From Octopus bimaculoides (Eukaryota), in contig NC_068982.1 of assembly GCF_001194135.2 (NCBI RefSeq), positions 86,920,450-86,984,449 on the forward strand: a stretch of 64,000 nucleotides of DNA. Reading direction: 5' to 3'. This document shows positions 51,928-64,000 of the stretch, in pieces. Numbering within the stretch: position 1 is the stretch's first letter; each line of letters opens with the position of its first letter. The position numbers were made by a program, and so were the translations under genes. The notes below the pieces were generated by a model. That model saw only the letters and a list, made by a program, of their open reading frames with translations. It was not told where the DNA came from and made no database searches.

Positions 51928-52785
51928 TATGTACAATGAGAAACATCGAACATCCAATCGTCTGCAGTTCCATGTGGGTGTTAGTGTCTGTTGTGATTCA
52001 TGTCTATAAACCTGTTCTCATCCATTGTTTCAATTTCCCAGGTTTCATAAGTAATTATTTAAATTTAATATCATAGTTGTTATTTTTGACAAGACATACA
52101 ACTAAAGACGCACTTATCTGTTGAATCAACGAGCCAACAGGGGTCCTCCACGCTGTTACAAGGCCTGCAGGAAATAGCAGCCAACTCTATTAAAATCACA
52201 CTCTACTGTCTTAAATATAGGAGGATACACTGGACAACATAAAGTCTCATAACTCACTTTTGATTATAACTCACTTTTGATCAATCAGGATTGATCAGGA
52301 ATAAACAATAATAGCGATGAAAAGGACAACTTAAATATTTTCCTGGTGATAAATTTATCGACTCTGGATGTTGCAAGACTAAATAAACCATTTAAATTTT
52401 AGACAAAATATAAAAGACTGTGAGAGGAACACTTCGTCATACATTACTTGTTAACAGGGCTGGACAACATATTGTCTGAGAATGCTGTGTGCGATAGATT
52501 AGTTTCATATTCATAGCGAGATTTATCATTCATCTGCTTCATGTTATGAAATCAAAACTAAGCACCAACTGTCAAGATATCCTCTGGGCCTCAGTGACAT
52601 TTAATAGTGTGTAACCTATTGATTTCCTATTTCTGTAACAATTCGACATATGAAAATGTGTTCAAGTCTAAAATATAATGCGACGTCATATGCATTTAGA
52701 CTAGGACAGTAAATATTTCCTCTTCTTACTTTTTGTTAACGACACTTATTTTAACAAAATAGCAAAGATAATATTAAGAATATAT

Positions 52786-53640
52786 TGTTACGAACGCCCG
52801 CACGCGAAGCACCTCGCCGAAGAGAAAACTCTCGCGCGCGCGAACGTCGACGCTCAGTAAGTCGGGATGTTCGCCACGACTACTAAGCCCAGCCGGAGCA
52901 CGTAACGATGACAACAGGCAAAAGGTGGAAGAAATAACACGGAGACCATACGTTGGGTAGTGGAACTAACTTTTTCTTTCTTTACATCACAAACAATACA
53001 TCATCATCATCAAAATAAAACATTGCATAACAATTCAAATAACATTTAACAAAGGTTTCAGAACATTGCATAATCACAAGTTTACAATCAAGAGTTCGTA
53101 TATAAAGTCAATTAAAAGTTCTTTCACTTCGTTGTTTTTCTTTTCTTTTCCACCAGTTAACATCACGCAAAAGTTAACAGTTCTTTTAACATCATGTAAC
53201 GACAAGTACATTTTTCTTTGAAGAATATTTACACAAACCTTCACCGCAAGAATTTCCTTTCCTTCAAAGTTCCCACTACAATCCAAAAGAAGTGACCAAC
53301 TACAATCTTTTTTGCCTGTCACACAGTTCCATCTCTCTGTCCCCCTCTCTCTCTCTCTCTCTCTCTGAGACTCTATGCATTTCTGCTGACTCGTACCTGC
53401 TGACCATAGGTTCTCTCTCTCAGCCTCTTTCTGTTAGTCTCTCTGTTCATCTTCACTGGCTCTACTGGCCTTCACATCAACTGCTGTACATCTTCACTGG
53501 CTGACGTTCTTCATCCAACTGCTTGTCCGCCAACTGCCGTACGCCAACTGCTCTGGCCAACTCCTTGATACCAACTGCTCTGGTCAACCGCTCGCGCCAA
53601 CTGCTCACGCCAACTCCCGTCCCCAAATCTCGCTGTCACA
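52786..53640 (-). mobile_element. Probable solo LTR (~855 bp)
   Basis: Bounded by TGTTACG and TGTCACA; flanks ATAT/ATAC (3 of 4 match); CpG-rich end and internal CCAACTGCT repeats. Confidence 0.6.
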
Positions 53641-54249
53641 AATACCGTAGTTCAACAGTGCTACCTTACTCCCTCCAAAGCTGGGTCAGTTCAGTACAAT
53701 TCCTTAGCTTGTTTTTCTGAACTTTCGGTGACCGGAAAGGGTCACCGATCACTCCTACGCTAAAAATAACTGTACTTGTTCACAGGACAAAGGAAATACC
53801 ATTGTNNNNNNNNNNNNNNNNNNNNNNNNNNNNNNNNNNNNNNNNNNNNNNNNNNNNNNNNNNNNNNNNNNNNNNNNNNNNNNNNNNNNNNNNNNNNNNN
53901 NNNNNNNNNNNNNNNNNNNNNNNNNNNNNNNNNNNNNNNNNNNNNNNNNNNNNNNNNNNNNNNNNNNNNNNNNNNNNNNNNNNNNNNNNNNNNNNNNNNN
54001 NNNNNNNNNNNNNNNNNNNNNNNNNNNNNNNNNNNNNNNNNNNNNNNNNNNNNNNNNNNNNNNNNNNNNNNNNNNNAGAGAGAAAGAGGAGGCATTCAGA
54101 AATTATAGATAAACGGACCTTAAAGGACTTTTTAGCATGTTCAGGTGAAAAAAAAAACAGCTATAATCTCTGGAGAAACTCACCCACCCTGCAAAACCGG
54201 GAGGCATTTACCTAAAAATGCAACTCTTAAAAGCTTACTATCCGAACTA

Positions 54250-54780
54250 CAAAAGATAACAACAGGCACCGTACAGCTCTTAAGCTATACTGCCTTTAAA
54301 CTGTAAAAACACCCATCAACTTTTTACTTGGACACATGACACGTGCTAAAGTATCTTCGACCATCTTAAACCTACAGAGCTGCTGCCTTGACAATGTCGT
54401 TTCCATTGCAATGCTAACCCATATCCTGTCTCTCATTCTACGGTGATCTATCCTTTTCTTTGGAAACAAGCTAGAATGCGTCTCATAACCAAGAAAGGTA
54501 ACTCTTCTGATTATGCCAACAATTGTCATAGTGCAATCACATCCTGTATTTTTAAGGTAAGAAAGACAGCTATAAACAACAATATCCTCCAACTCAACCT
54601 TGAATCTCTAACTCTCCTTGAAGACCATCAGGACAGTTTCCATAAGCCAGATTCACTGGTTATCTACTCTCCCATCACCTATCAATGAGCTTTCTACTTA
54701 CAGAAATTTGGTGCCTGGACATCAGTAAGCTTTCGACCGAGTCTGACATGCAAGTTTTCTGTGGAAACTACTTGCTTGTG
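54250..54780 (+). mobile_element. Decayed LINE RT fragment (CR1/Jockey-like group)
   Basis: WKQARMRLITKKGNSSD..LLEDHQDSF..CLDISK-FDRV. Confidence 0.6.
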
Positions 54781-54929
54781 CGCTGACGCTTCCTCTAGAT
54801 CTTGTAGATAAAAAAAAGAATAAAATAAATTCCCATCAAAGAACTCATCTATGAGATATTTTGATAACTATATATGTATGTACATATTCATACATACATA
54901 CATACATACATACATACATACATACATAC

Positions 54930-55880
54930 TAGCAGCTGTCCAAAAATGTCATCACGGTATTACCAATCTATGAGACATGATGTTGTGGCCAAGACACTGT
55001 ACAATGAAATCCGCCGACAGGATAACCCCGGGGCTAAGGAGATGAAAACCTATAATGAGGTAGAGGCTATTACCACTCACAATATGAAAGGGTATTGGTG
55101 GAATGTCCCAATAAAAACCTCAATAAAGTGCAGACATAATAGACCGGATATAGTAATCTGGGACAGAGAAGAGAAACTCTGTACAGTAGTAGAAATCAGC
55201 TGTCCTGCGGATGTCAACATCCCACTAAAGATTAGAGAAAAAGAGAACAACTACGCCGAGTTACTGAGAAATTTACAGATACTCCNNNNNNNNNNNNNNN
55301 NNNNNNNNNNNNNNNNNNNNNNNNNNNNNNNNNNNNNNNNNNNNNNNNNNNNNNNNNNNNNNNNNNNNNNNNNNNNNNNNNNNNNNNNNNNNNNNNNNNN
55401 NNNNNNNNNNNNNNNNNNNNNNNNNNNNNNNNNNNNNNNNNNNNNNNNNNNNNNNNNNNNNNNNNNNNNNNNNNNNNNNNNNNNNNNNNNNNNNNNNNNN
55501 NNNNNNNNNNNNNNNNNNNNNNNNNNNNNNNNNNNNNTAGCGAACTGCCTCAACAAAAACCTGGAAAAATTAGGGTTCTCAAAACCTGAAAGAAAAAGGC
55601 TGATTAGAAGACTACAGATTCAAGCCATCAATGGAACTGTAAAAATATGTAAAACTTTCCAAAAATTTAGCACATAAATACATATGCATGCATCTAAAAC
55701 GCATCCATAAAACAAACATACAAATCTGCGCATACACTAACACCAAATACTGCACACACACACATATGCACAAATACCTAGATGATGTTGATAAAAGTTC
55801 CAATGAAGGAGCCTTGAATCTATGTTAGAGTCCGGCTCTTTCTCTATGGACAAGAAATACAGAAATGAAACTGATTGATA
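54930..55880 (+). mobile_element. R4/Dong-clade LINE 3' portion with (CATA)n on both sides
   Basis: CPKMS..RHDVVAK..RPDIVIWD..VEISCPAD (RHD and PD..D restriction-like endonuclease motifs); 3' UTR ends AAACTGATTGATAA then CATACATACAT. Confidence 0.9.
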
Positions 55881-57419
55881 ACATACATACATATGTATAT
55901 ACGTATATCGACACCATACATTACTTATGCTCAGTGTTTCCGACAACAATTGTAGAAAGATTTCAAAATTAGTAGCATAAATCCTATCTGATTCTCATCA
56001 GAAATGAAATGTGAAGTAGAAAAGTAGATTGATATGAATGTGATTAACTGGATCGGATTACTTTATTACTTAATTAGTCTCCGTTTTAAATCACCGGCTT
56101 ATAGAAAGATCAACCAAATCGAAAAAAATCTCCCGTATGTCGGAGATGAGACGCAGGCTTTTTATTCGATAAGCCCTTCGAAATAATTGCTAGTGCCTAT
56201 GTTCATTCTAAGAGCTGAAGACAGCATCCTGGCTATTGCGGCTTTGGTGGAAATAGATTCCCTCAATTAGATATGAAAATATGCAAAATATATATAAATA
56301 TCAACTCAACCAGATTGAAAATGAAATAAGTTGGCTCAAAAATCCACATAGAGAACGAAAAAGAAAAGATTCCATAATGAAATTGCAGGGGGTTAAAGAA
56401 TATTTGATTGTGGAAAGAAATTGCTGGATGGATTCTAAAAGAATCGAACATTTAAAAAATATGGCTTCCAAATTTAGTGTTTTAGATCATAAGCGTTTTA
56501 ACATCACAGATAATTGTTATCCACATTCGAACGAGTTTCGTTGATTCAAAGATATATTCAAAGGAGGGTATTTTTACAGTCATCTCGCGCATAAGAGGGG
56601 AGATACTGCAGGCGTATCTGTTGTGCATTTCAGTAGTTGGACGGGCTACTTGTAAATTCTTTTTCTTGATTTCACTATTTTACGTAATGACTCCACATAT
56701 GCACGGAAAACAAGCTTCAAATCCATTACCCAAACCTGTGATTTTGTATTTCACTAATATTTGAAACTTTCATTCTAACTTTTCCTATGGTGAATCTTTT
56801 CAACAATAAATTCTTGTGGTCTCTTTGCCCTATGCGAGACTAACTTAAATCTTGGCATTTCCTGTTTAGATTTCTTTGTCTATGATTCTCTCTCTCTCTC
56901 TCTCTCTCCCTCTCTCTCCTCCCCCCTCTCTCTCTCCTCCCCCCTCTCTCTCTCTTGACTGTAAATATTTTAATCCATCATATAAATTACCTTAGTACCT
57001 CATGAATCTGGGTTTGAATCTTTTGACTGTTCTGTGTGTATTATTGCTAGCACCTCCTACATTCTACCAATCGTCTTTTCTCCTTTATCGCTTTCTTTCC
57101 TCTCAAGGTTGTGATCTTGTTAATACTGTATCTGACAAAACTAAGCAGATTCTTTCTGTTTTGTCCTTCAATAAATATTGTTTTTTAGTAGTTTCAATGT
57201 TCATCATGTTAATTGACTCAGTTCTAAATCCACGAATGCTACTGAAATTTGCCTTCGATTTCTCTTTGTCTCAATCTCTTTCTCCCCCACTCATCTTCCA
57301 CATCTTGATCTTTCTTGATTTTTGCCTTGTGTCTGATCTTAGCATTTACTCTATCTCTTCCCATGCTCTACTTCTCCTTATGTATGTATGTATGTATGCA
57401 TGTATATGTAAACTCTTAC

Positions 57420-57575
57420 TAGATATGCCGACGATACAAAAGTAGCACAAGCAGTCAAAGAATATCTCGACACTAATCTACCGAAAGATTTAGTGGCCAC
57501 ATATAAATTCGTTGAAGAAAACAACATGCAATTTAGTGCAGAAAAAGTTCAAGGCCTCCACTATCAGCTAGCTTG
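57420..57575 (+). mobile_element. Short CR1-type RT fragment
   Basis: YADDTKV..NNMQFSAEKVQ, like the element at 7090-7230. Confidence 0.6.
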
Positions 57576-57986
57576 TGCTATATATACACACCTCTCTAAC
57601 ATTGACCCACCAACCCATTATAACTCCTATAATTTCTTTTCGAAATTTTCTTTGTGATCTGTGGGCTAATCTCTTGTCTCTTTCAGCTAACGGTTGTGCC
57701 TCTGAAGTAGTAACTTGGATTCGGACTGGTTTGATGCTTTCATTCTTTATCGGCAGTAGTTAAGTAAGCCACATTCCTCTCCTTGTATTTTCTTTCAGCA
57801 TGTGATTCTGCTATTTCTCACTGGAACCAATTTTGCTATCTTTGCTTCAGAGCCAACGCTTCAAAAAAAAAAAAAAAAAAAAAAAAAANNNNNNNNNNAG
57901 CTAAACTCTGACGCTTCGTTATCTGACTTGTGCATAATTTCTAAATCTATAGTGTAGGTAATTTCCAACCTTGATATTTATAGAGT

Positions 57987-59001
57987 TACTAGCAGTAATA
58001 CCCGTCGTTGATCGGGTAATTACTTTTACTCTTTCTCGGGAGCCACATTCAAAGTGTTATTATATAGAGAGATTTACTCCTCCTGTATGTGTGCATTTTA
58101 TAAGAAAAAAAGTAATAATTGAAGTAGAAAAAAAGATCAATTTCATACACGAATTTCTGTTAGTTTATTATATGACAATAATAAGTGAGTTGTATGTGTT
58201 ATTTTATATATGAATACAGTAATGTATTTACTCATCCGACTAAACAGGGGAGGGAACACGAGGTTGGGGGACTAATTGCAGGTGGCGAGCGTAGCTTCCG
58301 AAAGTGGTCACGCGGTCAAACTCAAATGGCTGTGAGTCACAACAGCAGGTTTTATTTTTGTATGAACATTTTGCATTATATAGTTCAGACATGGATGACA
58401 TAGAAAACAGACATGCTACGTTGCGCAAGATTGGAAACGTGAAACATCAACAGGAAACTTTTGGAGAATGGATGAATGGGTTTGTTGTGCCTTTACGCAA
58501 CTGCGTACACACGCACATGGCCCGGTGAAGCATCAACAGGGAGCTGACAAAAATGTTAATGTTCTTCTCATTTCCTCTGCCTAGACAAAAAAGGTCTTCA
58601 TGAAATATAAGCTACTTATAATGCATAAGTAGTGTTAATATTTTATCCTCGGAAAATGGCCTAAAACAAAGATAAAACCCAGTGCAGTATACGCAAATCT
58701 GATTAATCTGCATTTTTGAGGTCGTCGAAAACTATTTTAGTCAACGACAATTCGAGGAGCCTGATTAATGTTTGTTGCAAATTTGGAGGAAAGTGACTGG
58801 ATACTATTCAAGTTACGCAGCGAAAATGCTTAAAAGATGCGGTTTACCTGCTCTTGGGCCCGCATTAGGTAAGAAGTGGACCCTATGGAATGCATGTGTA
58901 AAATTTCATTAAAATCGGTTGGGTGGATCTCAAGTTTAACGACAGGAACGACAGGACAATCACACAGACAGACACACATCCTGTGTTTTATATATATAGA
59001 T
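57987..59001 (+). mobile_element. Helentron-like non-autonomous element (HINE-type)
   Basis: 5' TACTAGCAG followed by the stem-loop TACCCG/CGGGTA; 3' TTTTATATATATAGAT; sits between T and T. Confidence 0.5.
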
Positions 59002-59035
59002 TACACATGATATTCCTATCAATTTGTACAAGTTA

Positions 59036-59262
59036 AGGCAGCGAGCTGGCAGAATCGTTTGCAAACCGAGCAAAATTCTTATCGGCATTTCGTCCGTCTT
59101 TACGTTCTGAGTTCAAATTCTGCCCAAGTCGACTTTGCCTATTATTCTCTCGGGGTCGATAAAATATGTACTAGTTGAGTACTGGGGTCAGTGTAATCGA
59201 CTTAACCACTCTCAGAGATTACTGGCTTTGTGCCAAAAATTTGAATCCATTATTTTGCAAAA
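59036..59262 (+). mobile_element. SINE-like element (third family); fragments also at 30430-30501 and 31252-31312
   Basis: GGCAGCGAGCTGGCAGAATCG..GAGTTCAAATTC..GGGGTCGATAAAA. Confidence 0.7.
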
Positions 59263-59289
59263 GTACTTTATTTTGTCCTGTCTAACAAA

Positions 59290-60600
59290 TACTTAACAAT
59301 CTCTATCCCCTTCCTGACTGCTAGAAAATTGTCTCTGTTATCTTCGTTTCCAGAAATTCTGTGAAACGATGTGATACGCAATCTACTGCCCAGTGAGCGT
59401 CCTTCCTATACTTAGCAAGATGTCTGCGTCATTGAACAGGTTTTTGCTTTGGACCTTGAATCATTCTGTCTATTTTCTGACAAACTCTACGGTTTCCATA
59501 CTTTGTGCTCTACATTTGATTATAATAATTGAATGGTTCTGCCGTGCTTTAGATAATTGTGATGATGCAAGCATTGTTGCTCTTGACATATCGAAAACAT
59601 TTGACAAATATGTCATGCTGTTCTTCTCCCCAAGTTTAAGTTGTATGGGATTTTTGAAGGATTCTTAAGATTCTTCAATCTATTTCTGTGAATTTAGTAT
59701 TAAAATTGTTTTAAATGGTCACGATATTTTTACTTATTCTATCTCAGTTGATCTTTCTCAGGGTCTCCTAATCAGACCGTGTTAATTTTTTTTTTATTAA
59801 TGATTTTCTGGATGTCATTATGCCTAATCTTGCTATTTTTGCTAATGACGCTTCTCTGTAATCTTGTTTGAATTAGAAATCTGATTTACTTGTTTGGGTA
59901 GCAATGGTTGGTTATTTTTAACTTTACCTACTTTCGGTGACTGGTTGGAGTGTTCAGTAGTTGATTATCTTAACTCTGCAAAAACTAAACTTCTGTTAAT
60001 TAATAATCATAAGAACTCTCTAATATTCCCATTTCTATTTATGATGTTGTTCTTCCTCGTTCTTCAACTCTTCGTTTTTAAAACTCACTTTCTCTGAAGA
60101 TCTTACATGGAATGATTATATTAGATATATTGCTAGATCAGCCGATATGAAGTTTGATTCCCTATATGGAGCTCATCAGTATCTTTCCTCCGAATACATT
60201 TTTCATCTTCATAAGTCTGTTATTCCCCCATATCTGGAATTCTGCTGTTCCATCTGGACTGGTGCTTCTACTGGTATCTATTCCCTTCTTGACTAAATTT
60301 AAAAGTGAGGCATTATTCTGGCAGCTAAACTTTAACCCTTCTCCTATCGCTGGGACATTCGGACGATGCTTCTTAATTTTTATAAATACTGTCATGATCG
60401 TTGTTCTACGGGACATTTGTTTTTCTGTGGTTATTATGTCACTAATCGAGTGACACGCCTTACTCTGAATTCTCATATGTTTACTGTTGCTCTTGCCAGT
60501 TATAAGAGAGGTTCTACTTTACTATTTTCATTCTGGGAATATCTATCATGCGGAACTGTTTTCCTAGTATTTTTGATTCTTTGATGTATAATAGTATTAA
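59290..60600 (+). mobile_element. Decayed LINE RT remnant
   Basis: YCPVSVLPILSKM, IVALDISKTFDK, AIFANDA, NSAKTKLL. Confidence 0.65.
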
Positions 60601-60879
60601 TTCTTTGAAATCTTGTGTTAACCGTTTTATGATCCACACTAGATCGTTTTTTAAATTTATTTTCTAACTACCACCAAATTAAGTGGCAGTTGGAAACCAG
60701 TTTTCGTGTTGGTTATTTGCTGCCTTCTTGGTGTAGCTTCCAATTAAAATGTTGTGCATGCTGAACATACATAAGCATGTTACCAAACATAAACGCAAGT
60801 AATTATTCAATATGGCAAATACAAATATTTGCACTTTTTATACAGCTGTATACGTGTGTAACTTGAGTATAAATACAAC

Positions 60880-60925
60880 AATGTCCGTTGAGGGATAAGC
60901 AGGCCGAAACTGCGAAGTCACTACC
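60880..60925 (+). ncRNA. Degenerate hammerhead-like motif with GNRA-capped helix III
   Basis: GT-CCGTTGA-GG..CC-GAAACT-GCGA-AGTC-AC; core changes U4C and A6U; stem I only 2 bp. Confidence 0.35.
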
Positions 60926-61579
60926 AACACTATACTTGTTAAAGAATAATAAATATGTATTCTATAAAAAGTATTGAGTAAGTCTTCAGTTTAATGTAAA
61001 ATTGTTTTTTATTATCACTCAACATAAAAACGGGTATTATTTACCTCCCACTTAAAGTGGACGTTGTGTTAGAAGCGGAACACTCCGTTATTTACCATGA
61101 GAAGACTTCTCATATAGACATGTAGTGCATAAAAGCACTTGTGCTTATATCGCTGGTGAGCAAGAGCCATCCGCTACGGCCTCTGAAACTGGCAAATCAC
61201 GTGATTTAGGCCTCTCTAGGCCTTGTCAGTGACAGATGGTCTGGCTAGACACAGCAACTGATTCTCCGTCAGCGATGTATATAGAATCTCAGTGCCTAAC
61301 CAGGCACTGGTGTTGCAAATAGCCAGCAGGTTTATTAAAAATGATTAATAACGGCAGAAGCAACATTAATACCAAAAGGTAATATTTATCTCTCAAAGTA
61401 GCGAGCATGGATACGTGGTAAGAAGTTTGCATTCCAACCAAATGGTTCGGCTCAGTCTCATTGTGTGGCTTCTTAGGCAAGTGTTTTCTGCTATAGCCCT
61501 GTAATGTAGTTCATGGATTCACTGAAGATGCGGTTTACTGTGAAAAACTTCACCGCCTGATAGTAGGGACCGGAAAAGG

Positions 61580-61930
61580 ACATTTGGGCAAGGAGCAAAT
61601 ATCAGTGTTCCTATTCGTGGTGATCATGAGCTTTCAGCTAGAAATGGGAGGCAAACAATTGAGAGGAGCAGACATCGACGACAATGCACCCGATCTGCAT
61701 TAATCCAAGGACTACAACTGGCTCTGAAATAATTGGAAAAGATAGCCTCTTGGTCACGTGGGAAACTCAGTTTAGTAAAATCTCGAAGCCTTTGACAAAT
61801 GATATCTCTAAAATCCAAGTGTCAGTCAACAACCAAAGAGTAGCACATATTGCATAACTTTTCATACGGAGTCATTTGCATGCCATGTTGTTGGAAATGA
61901 GGTGATGCAGAGACAACTGTAACGAATAAT
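61580..61930 (+). mobile_element. Decayed RTE-like RT fragment
   Basis: MGGKQLRGADIDDNAPDL resembles the GG..I.NLRYADD region. Confidence 0.4.
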
Positions 61931-62026
61931 AAAGTTGTGCTAAAGTCATTCTTCGACGTTTTATATTTTGTATATATATATATGACCGCAGCCACTTGGC
62001 TGAAACACATAAATATATATATATAT

Positions 62027-62120
62027 CGGCTGACTCTGATGAGCGTAAAGTTATATAATCGGATTGTTACCTAACACTCCATTGTAATATTTACATGACA
62101 CCGATTGGTAAGATCAGCCG
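62027..62120 (+). ncRNA. Type I hammerhead ribozyme-like motif, copy 2 (stems intact, A14C)
   Basis: Stem I CGGCTGACT/AG(A)TCAGCCG (9 bp, one bulge); CTGATGA; extended stem II; GACA; CC-GATT-GG; GUA site at 62108-62110. Confidence 0.65.
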
Positions 62121-62152
62121 TGATGGATATTTAATACTATACATTTTGGATA

Positions 62153-62198
<46 letters not shown>

Positions 62199-62265
62199 GC
62201 ACGCACGCACACACATACATTTATACTATTAATATTTGTATGTATGCTATGTATACATGTATGTA

Positions 62266-62303
<38 letters not shown>

Positions 62304-62479
62304 AAATTACATTATAGAAGAGTAATGGTAAATATTTTCTTTAAGGCACATATACTATTATATTTGTTTTTGTTCTATTTTGTGAGAGCATTCATTATCT
62401 GGTCAATGACACTATTCAACTTGCGCATATTTGTATGTGAGCTTGTGTATGCGTATGTTTGGAAGTACATGTATGTATC

Positions 62480-63392
<913 letters not shown>

Positions 63393-63784
63393 AGTCACAA
63401 TATATGGATTCAAATTAATCCGGTGGTGCTCATAAAAATAGCTCCTTAATATTTGAATTTTCTTATTGTTAATAAAATTTCATCAAACTATTTCTCTTTC
63501 TTCTCTTATTCAATGTTTCTGTTTTTAGTTTTTATTATATGTTTTTATTATATTATATTTTTAGTTTTTATTTTATAGTTTTTATTATATTTAGTTTTTT
63601 TATTATATATTTTTAGTTTTTATTATGCCTGAAGAATATGTTTGAGATATATGAAACTATGAAACTCAACATATGAAACTATTAGTAGCACTTAAAAACA
63701 TGTATTGTGCCCTTTAAATAAATAATATTTATCTCTCACCAGATGAACTATTTTTTTGTTAAATTTTCTATCACGAATCAGTAC

Positions 63785-63817
<33 letters not shown>

Positions 63818-63819
<2 letters not shown>

Positions 63820-64000
63820 GAGAATATACAAATAATAACAACAGACGAGGACAGGTGGTGTAAATAACAAAAGTATATATTAGTATGACGCTCGGGAATA
63901 CGGAAAGTCTTTGACGTTTCGAGCTACGCTCTTCAACAGAAAGAATACGGAGACAAGGAGAAAAACACGGAGAAAAAAAATTGAATAGTGTTCAGTCAAC
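63818..64000 (-). mobile_element. PLE-type terminal repeat with a minimal hammerhead-like motif (63908-63943)
   Basis: Minus: TCTTT-CTGTTGA-A-GAG-CGTAG-CTC-GAAACGTC-AAAGA; 5-bp stem I in register, 3-bp stem II, ACGT helix III. Confidence 0.55.

Larger units (their letters stand above)
14143..57898. other. Ten assembly gaps (N-runs) within this span
   Basis: 14143-14283, 15742-16006, 25569-25578, 30502-30797, 34964-34973, 40779-40853, 44840-45283, 53806-54076, 55286-55537, 57889-57898. Confidence 0.99.

Noticed and set aside
53725-53765. Helitron 3' end (9-bp hairpin TCGGTGACC/GGTCACCGA)
   Set aside because: No CTRR followed by T at the expected distance on either strand, and no 5' end found.
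56281-56544. 87-aa ORF as a gene
   Set aside because: Short, AT-rich, no recognisable motif or splice context.
61510-61560. CTGAAGA..GTGAAA hammerhead candidate
   Set aside because: Stem I does not pair in register and helix III is marginal; compatible with chance.

Overview
Eukaryotic, AT-rich, repeat-dense genomic DNA from a gapped scaffold (10 N-runs). The tRNA-derived SINE family ending in ...GACTGAAACAAGTAAAAGAG and the dense (CA)n/(TACA)n/(TAGA)n/(TAA)n microsatellites point to an octopus or other coleoid cephalopod (inference). I cannot support any intact host protein-coding gene. Almost every ORF in the track is a decayed transposon, a microsatellite or an N-run. Recognisable elements: RTE, CR1-type, L1/Tx1-type and R4/Dong LINE remnants; many Penelope-like (PLE) fragments; a hAT (Buster/Charlie) copy with both ends and a TSD; three Chapaev3-like copies; Tc1/mariner and pogo relics; MITEs and fold-backs; a solo LTR; a Helentron-like non-autonomous element; and about 15 SINE pieces. 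Most notable: (1) several hammerhead-ribozyme-like motifs at PLE ends, including two copies (2354-2443 minus, 62027-62120 plus) that together reconstruct an intact type I hammerhead with an unusually long stem II; (2) a ~600 bp fold-back element centred on (TAACCC)6 joined to six imperfect TTAGGG units; (3) R4/Dong elements beside two different microsatellites, (TAA)n and (CATA)n; (4) two weak host-exon candidates. All calls are by eye, with no searches or folding run.
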